Origin: an uncultured Candidatus Saccharibacteria bacterium
GTDB lineage: Bacteria > Patescibacteriota > Minisyncoccia > UBA6257
Direction of reading: 5' to 3'
Assembly (NCBI GenBank): GCA_964479005.1
Contig: CAYZJA010000001.1
Span: forward strand, 1-64,000
Length of the DNA stretch: 64,000 nt
Both the position numbers and the translations under genes were made by a program. The notes below the pieces were generated by a model. It was not told the origin of the DNA and made no database searches. It was given only the letters and a program-made list of their open reading frames with translations. The stretch's first letter is position 1. Each line of letters opens with the position of its first letter. This document shows positions 27,544 through 35,705 of the stretch, one piece after another.

Positions 27544-30444
27544 ATGGAAAAGACTTTAGAGTTTATTCAAAAAGAAAAAGAGGTTTTGGAATTTTGGGAG
27601 AAAAATAAGATTTTTGAGAAATCAATAGAACAAAGGCCAAAAACCAAATCTTATGTTTTTTTTGATGGCCCTCCTTTTGCGACGGGCTCACCTCACTACG
27701 GCCATATTCTTGCTTCTTTAAATAAGGATGTTGTGCCTCGTTATTGGACGATGAAAGGATTTCGTGTGGAACGGCGCTGGGGTTGGGATTGCCATGGTTT
27801 GCCAGTTGAAAATTTAATTGAGCAGGAATTAGGTTTAAAAAACAAAAAAGACATTGAATCCATTGGTATAGAAAAATTCAATCAAGCTTGCAAAGACAGT
27901 GTTTTACGCTATGTTGATGAATGGAAAAAAATTATTCCCCGAATTGGCCGTTGGGTTAATATGGATCATCCTTATAAAACCATGGATTTTGATTATATGG
28001 AGTCTATTTGGTGGGCGTTTGAGCAGTTATGGAATAAAGGATTAATTTATAAGGACTATAAGAGCATGCATATTTGCCCTCGTTGCGGGACAACTCTTTC
28101 TAATTTTGAAGTCACTCAGGGGTATAAAGATGTTGAGGATTTAACTGTCACAATTAAATTTAAGTTAAAAGACAGAGAAAATACTTTTGTTTTAGCTTGG
28201 ACAACTACTCCCTGGACTTTACTAGGAAATGTGGCTTTAGCAGTAGGAAAAGATATTGGTTATGTAAAGATACAAATTAAAAATGAATTTTATGTTTTAG
28301 CCAAAGATAGGTTAAAAATTATTAAGGATGAGTATAAAATTATTGAAGAAATGAAAGGCAAAGATTTGGTTGGATTAGAATATGAGCCCTTGTTTGATTA
28401 TTTTTCAAAAAAAGACGATTTAAAAAACAAAGAAAATGGGTGGAAGATATATGATGCTGATTTTGTTTCTACAGAAGAAGGAACTGGAATTGTTCATATT
28501 GCTCCGGCTTTTGGCGAAGACGATTTAAAGCTTGGATATTTGAAGAATCTTCCTTTTGTTCAGCATGTTGATGAAGGTGGTTGTTTTATTAACGAAGTTA
28601 CAGAATGGGCTGGAGAAGAGGTAAAACCAAAAGATGATATTTCTAAAATAGACAGGAAAATTGTTAGATGGTTAGAGCAGAAAAATAAATTATTATTTCA
28701 GGAAAAAATTATCCATAGCTATCCTTTTTGCTGGAGATGCGATACACCTCTTTTAAATTATGCTACGTCTTCATGGTTTGTAAAAGTTACCGCTATAAAA
28801 GATAAAATTATAAAAAATAACGAGAAAATAAATTGGGTTCCTGAACATATAAAGCGCGGCCGTTTTGGCAAATGGCTGGAAGATATAAGAGATTGGTCAA
28901 TTTCCCGTTCTCGTTATTGGGGAACGCCTTTGCCAATTTGGCAATGTAATCGTGGTGAAAATGATAAAGTGAGTTCTTGTGATAATATTAAAGTTTTTGG
29001 TTCAGTTAAGGAGTTGGAAGAATTAAGCAATAAAAAAATAAAAAACCTTCATAGACCATACATTGATAAAATTGTCTTCAAATGCGAAAAATGCGGCGGT
29101 TTAATGAAAAGAATTCCAGAAGTCTTTGATTGTTGGTTTGAATCTGGTTTAATGCCCTATGCTCAGGTTCATTATCCTTTTGAGAATAAGGAATCGTTTG
29201 AAAAGAATTTTCCAGCTCAATTTGTCGCTGAAGGTATAGATCAAACAAGAGGATGGTTTTATACTTTAATGGTTCTGTCCACAGCTTTATTTGATAAACC
29301 GGCTTTTCTTAACAATATTGTTAATGGCATTATTTTAGCTGAGGATGGCCAAAAAATGAGCAAGCGCTTAAAAAACTATCCCGAGCCAATGCAAATTATT
29401 GATAAATATGGCGCCGATGCGATGCGTTTTTATCTTTTAAGCAGCCCGGCGATGAAAGCTGATGATTTGCGTTTTTCTGAAAATGGAGTTGATGAAGTGT
29501 TAAAAAAGGTTTTAATAATTTTTTGGAATGTTCATACATTCTATAAATTATATGCAGAAGAAAGCGTGGAATTAGATATTAATTCTGTTGGTAATATTTT
29601 GGATAAATGGGTTTTGTCTAAGCTAGGCTCTTTAAACGAAGAGGTTAGTAAGGGAATGGATAAATATGATTTATTAAAAGCAGTAAGGCCCATAGAAAGA
29701 TTTATTAATGGTCTTTCAACATGGTATTTAAGGAGATCCAGGCAGAGGTTTAAAAATAGCAAAGAGAAAAAAGAAGCGTCACAAGTTTTGAAATATGTTT
29801 TATTTAATTTAAGTAAAATAATAGCTCCATTTACGCCATTTTTTAGCGAACAAATTTATCAAAGTTTAAGAGATAAAAAAGACCCAGAGTCAGTGCATCT
29901 TTGTGATTACCCTGAGATTGATAAAGAATTAATAGATAAAACTTTAGAAGAAGATATGGAGAAAATTCGGGTAATTACTTCATTGGCTCTCGCAGAGAGA
30001 GCTTCCGTAAGCATAAAAGTGAGGCAGCCATTAAATGAATTAAGAATTAAGAATTATGAATTAAAAGGTAAAGAAGAATTACTGCAGCTGATTAAAGATG
30101 AAGTGAATGTCAAACAAGTTGTTTTTGATAATAAATTAGAAAAGGAAGTTAAAATAGATACTGAAATTACGCCAGAGCTTAGAGAAGAAGGTATAATCCG
30201 TAATTGTTTTAGGCAGATTCAGATTATTCGCCAAAAATCCAAATTATTCCCCTCCGATAAAATAATTATTTGTTTTCAAGGCGAAAGTTCAATAATAGAA
30301 TTGTTAAAAAAGAATGAGAAACAAATAAAAGAAGGGTTACGGATAGAAAAAATTATTTGGGATAAAATTGAAGATTTTGATTTTAAAGAAGAGATAATCT
30401 TAGATAGTAGGAAAATAAATATCAGTTTAGAAAAGACTAATTAA
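27544..30444 (+). CDS. ileS: Isoleucyl-tRNA synthetase
   Basis: HIGH-type motif PHYGHILAS, KMSKS motif KMSKRLKN, CP1 editing region, Zn-finger cysteines. Confidence 0.95.
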   Translation: MEKTLEFIQKEKEVLEFWEKNKIFEKSIEQRPKTKSYVFFDGPPFATGSPHYGHILASLNKDVVPRYWTMKGFRVERRWGWDCHGLPVENLIEQELGLKNKKDIESIGIEKFNQACKDSVLRYVDEWKKIIPRIGRWVNMDHPYKTMDFDYMESIWWAFEQLWNKGLIYKDYKSMHICPRCGTTLSNFEVTQGYKDVEDLTVTIKFKLKDRENTFVLAWTTTPWTLLGNVALAVGKDIGYVKIQIKNEFYVLAKDRLKIIKDEYKIIEEMKGKDLVGLEYEPLFDYFSKKDDLKNKENGWKIYDADFVSTEEGTGIVHIAPAFGEDDLKLGYLKNLPFVQHVDEGGCFINEVTEWAGEEVKPKDDISKIDRKIVRWLEQKNKLLFQEKIIHSYPFCWRCDTPLLNYATSSWFVKVTAIKDKIIKNNEKINWVPEHIKRGRFGKWLEDIRDWSISRSRYWGTPLPIWQCNRGENDKVSSCDNIKVFGSVKELEELSNKKIKNLHRPYIDKIVFKCEKCGGLMKRIPEVFDCWFESGLMPYAQVHYPFENKESFEKNFPAQFVAEGIDQTRGWFYTLMVLSTALFDKPAFLNNIVNGIILAEDGQKMSKRLKNYPEPMQIIDKYGADAMRFYLLSSPAMKADDLRFSENGVDEVLKKVLIIFWNVHTFYKLYAEESVELDINSVGNILDKWVLSKLGSLNEEVSKGMDKYDLLKAVRPIERFINGLSTWYLRRSRQRFKNSKEKKEASQVLKYVLFNLSKIIAPFTPFFSEQIYQSLRDKKDPESVHLCDYPEIDKELIDKTLEEDMEKIRVITSLALAERASVSIKVRQPLNELRIKNYELKGKEELLQLIKDEVNVKQVVFDNKLEKEVKIDTEITPELREEGIIRNCFRQIQIIRQKSKLFPSDKIIICFQGESSIIELLKKNEKQIKEGLRIEKIIWDKIEDFDFKEEIILDSRKINISLEKTN

Positions 30445-30490
30445 ATTCTTGCTCTTAAGGGCTCTTTGTGTTAATCTTTTAAATCAAAAC

Positions 30491-30530
30491 AATAACTAAC
30501 AACTAACAGCTAACAATTTAACAGTTTAGC
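30491..30530 (+). promoter_or_regulatory. (A/C)TAACAR heptad repeat block including the 19-mer AACAACTAACAGCTAACAA, 26-44 nt upstream of rpmF
   Basis: The exact reverse complement of the 19-mer lies at 52574-52592, the same distance upstream of nrdD. A related ATAACAA x3 block lies upstream of rpsU (49245-49274). Confidence 0.45.
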
Positions 30531-30541
30531 AATTTATTATC

Positions 30542-30775
30542 ATGGGTGTTCCTGCTCGTCATCATACTCGTTCCAGAACTAATAAACGCCGATCTCATAT
30601 GGCTCTTAAGCCTCTGAATTTTATTAAATGTTCTCATTGTAAAGAAATGATAATGCCTGGTCGCGTTTGTCCTTATTGCGGTTATTATAAAGAAAAGGAA
30701 GTTATTGATGTGTTAAAAGGACTTTCCAAGAAGGAGAAGAAATTAAAGCAAAAAGAAATAGAAAAAAAGGACTAA
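30542..30775 (+). CDS. rpmF: 50S ribosomal protein L32 (with C-terminal extension)
   Basis: MGVPARHHTRSRTNKRRSHMAL... plus a CxxC...CxxC zinc ribbon. Confidence 0.85.
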   Translation: MGVPARHHTRSRTNKRRSHMALKPLNFIKCSHCKEMIMPGRVCPYCGYYKEKEVIDVLKGLSKKEKKLKQKEIEKKD

Positions 30776-30800
30776 TCTTTAAACTTTTAAACTTTTTCAT

Positions 30801-31253
30801 ATGGGCTCTCGACATCTTTCCCGCTCCATTATCTTACAGACTCTTTATGAATGGGATTTTTCGAAACAAAATAAAGATGTAAAGGAAATACTTCAAAGAA
30901 ATTTGAAATCATTAGGTGATGGACTGTCTAATAAAGAATATCCAGAAGAGCTTTTAGGCGGCATATTGAGTCAATGGGATAAATTAGATAAATTAATTCT
31001 TTCTGGGGCCCCTGAATGGCCATTGGAGCAAATTAATATTATTGATAGAAATATTCTAAGAATTGGAATTTTTGAATTGTTATTTGCTGATTCAAGAGAA
31101 GTTCCTCCAAAAGTCGCTATTAATGAATGTGTAGAGTTAGCTAAAACTTTTGGTGGCGATTCTTCACGCCGTTTTGTAAACGGAGTATTAGGGACAGTTT
31201 ATCGGGAGATGGAAGAGGTTATTCATAAAAAAGAAAAGGATAATGAAGATTGA
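30801..31253 (+). CDS. nusB: Transcription antitermination factor NusB
   Basis: SRSIILQTLYEWDF... and a helical NusB fold pattern. Confidence 0.8.
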   Translation: MGSRHLSRSIILQTLYEWDFSKQNKDVKEILQRNLKSLGDGLSNKEYPEELLGGILSQWDKLDKLILSGAPEWPLEQINIIDRNILRIGIFELLFADSREVPPKVAINECVELAKTFGGDSSRRFVNGVLGTVYREMEEVIHKKEKDNED

Positions 31254-31941
31254 TTTTCGCAAAATTGAGAAAATTCTAGGATTAGAATTTAATAATTTAG
31301 ATTTATTAAAACGGGCATTAACTCACCGGTCTTTTTTGAATGAGAATAAAGAATGGCTGGAAATAGGGCACAATGAAAGATTAGAATTTTTAGGAGACTC
31401 AGTCTTAGGATTGATTGTTGCTGAATATTTGTTTAAAGAATTTTCAAAGTTAAGGGAAGGGGAATTAACAGCTTTAAGAGCGGCGTTAATCAACAGCGAT
31501 TCTTTGTTAGACGTAGCTGATAAATTAAATTTGAAAAAATATCTTTTAGTTTCTAAAGGAGAAAAACATGAGTTGGAAAAAGCCCATCCATATTTTTTGG
31601 CTAATACTGTAGAAGCAATTGTGGGTGCTATTTATTTAGATAAGGGCTTTGATGAATCTAAAAAATTTGTGCAGAAACATATTTTATCCAAAACAGAAAG
31701 AATTTTAGAAACAGAGTCATATAAAGATCCAAAAAGCGTATTTCAGGAAAAAAGCCAGGAGAATTTAAGTATTACTCCAATTTATAAAACATTAGAAAGT
31801 TGGGGACCAGACCATTTAAAGCAATTTCGGGTTGGCGTATATCTTAACAAAGAATTTATTGCTAAAGGCGAAGGTCATTCCAAACAGGAAGCAGAAGTAA
31901 ATGCCGCTAAAAAAGCTTTGTCTAAGAAGAAATGGAAATAA
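31243..31941 (+). CDS. rnc: Ribonuclease III
   Basis: Catalytic signature ERLEFLGDSVLGLIVAEYLF and a C-terminal dsRBD. Confidence 0.9.
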   Translation: MKIDFRKIEKILGLEFNNLDLLKRALTHRSFLNENKEWLEIGHNERLEFLGDSVLGLIVAEYLFKEFSKLREGELTALRAALINSDSLLDVADKLNLKKYLLVSKGEKHELEKAHPYFLANTVEAIVGAIYLDKGFDESKKFVQKHILSKTERILETESYKDPKSVFQEKSQENLSITPIYKTLESWGPDHLKQFRVGVYLNKEFIAKGEGHSKQEAEVNAAKKALSKKKWK

Positions 31942-31951
31942 GATATTTTTT

Positions 31952-34057
31952 ATGTTTTTAAAGCGTATTATTTTAAAGAATTTTAAGTCTTTTTCAGGAA
32001 AGACTGTCTTGGATTTTCCTTGTCTTTTTACAGCTATTGTTGGTCCGAATGGTTCTGGAAAATCCAATATTGTTGATGCTGTCCGCTGGGCCTTTGGAGA
32101 ACAAAGTTTTAAAAATCTTCGTATAGAGAGAGGCAGGGATTTAATTTTTTCCAGTAAAAAGAAAAATTCTTCTGCTGGATTTGCTGAAGTGGAATTAGTA
32201 TTTGATAACAGCAAAAAGAATTTTCCTTTAGAAGTTTCCGAGTTAAGTATTTTAAGGCGAATTGATAAAGAAGATAATAATAGCTATTTTTTAAACCATC
32301 AATCCTGCCGCCTAAAGGATATTGTTGAAGTGCTTGCTGGGGCCAGATTAGGGCTAAAAGGCCTTTCTATAATTAACCAAGGATCTATTGGGGATATTTT
32401 AAAAGTTTCTTCTCAAGAAAGGAGAATGATGTTGGAAGAAAGTTTGGGATTAAAGAACCTGGAAATAAAGAAAGAAGAAGCAAAAAGAAAATTAGCAAAT
32501 ACTTTGATTAATTTGGACAAAGCTCAAGCTCTTCAACAAGAAATTCTTCCTCACTTGCGCTCTTTAAAAAGGCAAGTTAGTCGTTGGGAAAAAAGAAAAA
32601 AAATCAAGGAGGAATTGTTGAAGATAGAAAAGAAATACTTTGTTAATATTTATCACCAAACCCTGCAAGAAAATACTCATTCACATCTTGATATTGATAA
32701 AATTAAAAAAGATATTGAGGCTTTGGAAAATGGGATTAGGGAAAAAGAAAAAGAGATTGGTTTATCAAATGAAAAATTTGATAAAAGCCTAGAAATTAAA
32801 ATAAAAGACATTACCCAGCAAATTATTGATTTTCAAAACCAAAAATCAATCCAAATAAGGGCTTTAGGAAGAAAAGAAGTAAGCAGTAAATTAAATATTA
32901 CAGGAGAATCTCTTGAAAAAAGGATTTTTTCTATTAAAGAAAAATTACAACCTTTATTAAGCTTTTCCAATTTAGAGGAAATAAAAAAAGAGATAAAGGA
33001 TATAATCCAGGATATAAATACTTTAATCAATTCTGGAAGCCAGGAAGAAGAAAAGGAAGAAAATCTTAAAGAAATTCAGAAAAACCTGGAGAAAATCGAA
33101 GGAGAGATAAATGGAAGAAATGAACAATTGAGTAACTGGCAGGATCAATTAAATAAAAGGGGATTGGATTTTAGAAGTAAGTTTCAAGAAATAGAGTCAA
33201 AAAGGGAAGAAAAGGAAAAACTATACAGGAAATTACAAAGAGAGGAAATTTTAAATGAAAAATTTCGTTTGCGCATGGAAGATTTTAAGAGGCGATTAGG
33301 TGAAGCTGGATTTGAATTCCAAGAAATTGAAAAACTCTATCAAAACGAAAAAAATACGCAATTAGTTTCTTTGGAAGAATTCTCTGTTTTAGAAAATAAA
33401 ATTTGGCGAAGGAAAAAAGAATTATCAGAAATGGGCGCAGAAGACGAAAATATAATAAATGAGTACGCAGATGTTTCTAATCGTTATGATTTTTTGAGCC
33501 GACAGATTGAGGATCTTAATAAAGGGGTGGAAGATCTTAATACTTTGGTAAAAGAATTAAATAATCAAATTGAAGAGAAATTCAGCAAAGCGATTAATGG
33601 AATAAATGAAGAATTTAATCACTATTTCCAACTTATATTTAAGGGCGGTTCAGCGAAATTAATTCAGGTTAAACAAGAATCCAATAATCATGATGTTGTT
33701 TGGGGGGTTGATATTAAAATTAATATTCCAAAAACGCAATTAAAAGGCATTGACATGCTTTCTGGCGGGGAAAAAACCCTAATTACTGCCTGTCTTCTTT
33801 TTGCCTTAGTTAATCAGTCTAATTCCCCATTGGTTGTTGTGGATGAAATTGATGCGGCTTTAGATGAAGAAAATAGCACCCATTTTTCTGAAATTTTAAA
33901 AGCGCTTACTAAAAATACCCAATTTATTATCATTACTCATAATAGAATGACTATGAATGCTGTTCAAATAATTTACGGAGTGACTTTATCAGAGAATGAT
34001 AGTTCCCAACTTTTTTCATTAAAATTGGAAGAAGCAAAAGCCTTGGCAGAAGAATAA
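31952..34057 (+). CDS. SMC-like ABC ATPase (short; Walker A, long coiled coil, signature motif LSGGEKT, Walker B)
   Basis: FKSFSGKTVLDFPCLFTAIVGPNGSGKSN N-terminus; C-terminal LSGGEKTLITACLLFAL...VVVDEIDAALD. About 700 aa, shorter than canonical SMC, and no hinge is evident. Start set at the ATG at 31952, after the rnc stop. Confidence 0.65.
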   Translation: MFLKRIILKNFKSFSGKTVLDFPCLFTAIVGPNGSGKSNIVDAVRWAFGEQSFKNLRIERGRDLIFSSKKKNSSAGFAEVELVFDNSKKNFPLEVSELSILRRIDKEDNNSYFLNHQSCRLKDIVEVLAGARLGLKGLSIINQGSIGDILKVSSQERRMMLEESLGLKNLEIKKEEAKRKLANTLINLDKAQALQQEILPHLRSLKRQVSRWEKRKKIKEELLKIEKKYFVNIYHQTLQENTHSHLDIDKIKKDIEALENGIREKEKEIGLSNEKFDKSLEIKIKDITQQIIDFQNQKSIQIRALGRKEVSSKLNITGESLEKRIFSIKEKLQPLLSFSNLEEIKKEIKDIIQDINTLINSGSQEEEKEENLKEIQKNLEKIEGEINGRNEQLSNWQDQLNKRGLDFRSKFQEIESKREEKEKLYRKLQREEILNEKFRLRMEDFKRRLGEAGFEFQEIEKLYQNEKNTQLVSLEEFSVLENKIWRRKKELSEMGAEDENIINEYADVSNRYDFLSRQIEDLNKGVEDLNTLVKELNNQIEEKFSKAINGINEEFNHYFQLIFKGGSAKLIQVKQESNNHDVVWGVDIKINIPKTQLKGIDMLSGGEKTLITACLLFALVNQSNSPLVVVDEIDAALDEENSTHFSEILKALTKNTQFIIITHNRMTMNAVQIIYGVTLSENDSSQLFSLKLEEAKALAEE

Positions 34058-34073
34058 TTTGTCAATTGCTTGC

Positions 34074-34102
34074 TTGACTTTCCTTTTTAAGTATTTTAAA
34101 AT
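34074..34102 (+). promoter_or_regulatory. Sigma70-like promoter TTGACT-N17-TAAAAT upstream of the KH-domain gene
   Basis: Read from the sequence: TTGACT at 34074-34079, TAAAAT at 34097-34102. Confidence 0.5.
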
Positions 34103-34179
34103 AGAAATTATCCAGTGGCTAAGAGAGCGGTCGATAGCTACTTTAGTTGTTAAGTTAAGAAAATATTAATTCTGAAATC

Positions 34180-34539
34180 ATGGCAGAAACACATGTAGAT
34201 CAACAATTGCTCGAATTTATAGTTAAAAGCATCGCAAGTAATCCTGATGCAGTAAAGGTAGAGCGAAAAGTAGATGAAATGGGCGTACTCCTTTCTTTAA
34301 AAGTAGATCCTGAAGATATGGCCCAAATTATAGGCCGTCAGGGTTCAATGGCCAAAGCATTAAGGACTATTTTGAAAGTAGCTGGAGCGAAAAATAAAGC
34401 CCGAGTTAACCTCAAGATTGAAGAGCCTGAAGGCTCTTCAAGAGTAAGCCGAGAGGCTAGCGCTCCCGATTCATCAACTGATTCATCAAAAGAAGCAGAG
34501 AAAGCCGCAGATGATATTGTTGGGGATTTAAAACTCTAA
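34180..34539 (+). CDS. KH-domain RNA-binding protein (YlqC/UPF0109 family)
   Basis: IIGRQGSMAKALRTIL GXXG KH motif; acidic/Ser-rich C-terminal tail. In classical operons this gene lies in rpsP-ylqC-rimM-trmD. Confidence 0.7.
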   Translation: MAETHVDQQLLEFIVKSIASNPDAVKVERKVDEMGVLLSLKVDPEDMAQIIGRQGSMAKALRTILKVAGAKNKARVNLKIEEPEGSSRVSREASAPDSSTDSSKEAEKAADDIVGDLKL

Positions 34540-34688
34540 AATTACACTTAGGTGTAGTGGTAAAGGCGAGGAGAAATTGTTTCAAAAACACGCTAATCGC
34601 TATAGTTTTTTTCAACAACCTCTTCTCGCCTTTTCAATAGACAAATTTTTCCGCTTTTTTATGCTATTTGTTAATTGTTATTTGTATT

Positions 34689-35366
34689 ATGCGTTTTGAT
34701 ATTCTCACAATTTTTCCTGAGATTTTTGATTCTTATTTTGATGCTTCTATTCTGAAAAAAGCTCAAAAGAAAAGGCTTATAAAAATTCATATTCATAATT
34801 TGCGGAAATGGACGTTAGATCGCCACCAAACAACTGACGATTGTCCTTATGGCGGAGGCATGGGAATGATTTTTAAAGTGGAGCCGATTTTTAAAGCTGT
34901 AAAAGATTTAAAAAAGAAAAAAATTAAAAAATGCCGCATCATCCTTTTTTCCGCAAAAGGGAAGAAATTAACACAAAAAAAGGTAAAACAATTATCTAAA
35001 TACGACCAAATAATACTTATTTGTCCGCGTTATGAAGGCGTAGACGAGAGGGTTACTAAATATATTGCTGATGAGGAAATATCTATTGGGGAATATATTT
35101 TAACAGGCGGAGAATTGCCGGCAATGATTTTAGTTGATACTGTTAGTCGTTTTGTTCCCGGGGTTATTAAAAAAGAATCACTTTTAGAGGAATCATTTTC
35201 TATAGATTTTGAGGAAAAAGGCGAATATCCTCAGTACACAAGACCGGAAATTTTTTATCCAAATAAGAAAAAGAAAAAAATAGCTTGGCGAGTTCCTGAT
35301 ATTTTGCTTTCAGGAAACCATAAAAAGATTAAAGAATGGAGGCGTAGACATTTAAAAAGGATATGA
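34689..35366 (+). CDS. trmD: tRNA (guanine37-N1)-methyltransferase TrmD
   Basis: MRFDILTIFPEIF...PYGGGMGM...; SPOUT knot motifs. Confidence 0.9.
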   Translation: MRFDILTIFPEIFDSYFDASILKKAQKKRLIKIHIHNLRKWTLDRHQTTDDCPYGGGMGMIFKVEPIFKAVKDLKKKKIKKCRIILFSAKGKKLTQKKVKQLSKYDQIILICPRYEGVDERVTKYIADEEISIGEYILTGGELPAMILVDTVSRFVPGVIKKESLLEESFSIDFEEKGEYPQYTRPEIFYPNKKKKKIAWRVPDILLSGNHKKIKEWRRRHLKRI

Positions 35367-35575
35367 TTTTTCTTTCTTTTAATACAATTGAGGGACAAAA
35401 ATATCGCATTCAAGTGGAAAAAAGCGATGAATTGCTTAAAACACTTGACAAATTTTTAAAAAAGAATAAAATAAAGACGGCAAGTATTAAAGATTGGAAG
35501 GTTGCTTTTTCTAAAGAAAAAAGCATCACTTCGCGAAGAATATCCCAATCTATTTTACACGCGCTAAAATTTTAA
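35363..35575 (+). CDS. Small hypothetical protein, translationally coupled to trmD (ATGA)
   Basis: ORF only; basic; no recognisable motif. Confidence 0.3.
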   Translation: MIFLSFNTIEGQKYRIQVEKSDELLKTLDKFLKKNKIKTASIKDWKVAFSKEKSITSRRISQSILHALKF

Positions 35576-35618
35576 AATAGTCTCATTTTAGTTTCGACGT
35601 TTTTAAACAAAGCAAAAA

Positions 35619-35685
35619 GGTTATCATAACCTATTTTGAGCAGAGCGAGAAACAAGGTTCCGCGAAGTAGGTTCTTATTATAATT
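35619..35685 (+). promoter_or_regulatory. Upstream element of rpoB: AGGTTATcATAACCT palindrome, then AGCGAGAAACAAGGTTC and CGCGAAGTAGGTTCTTAT units ending in TATAAT (35680-35685)
   Basis: Same motif family as 21333-21440 and 47390-47427. Confidence 0.5.
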
Positions 35686-35705
35686 AGGAATTTTTTTGTT
35701 ATTAG

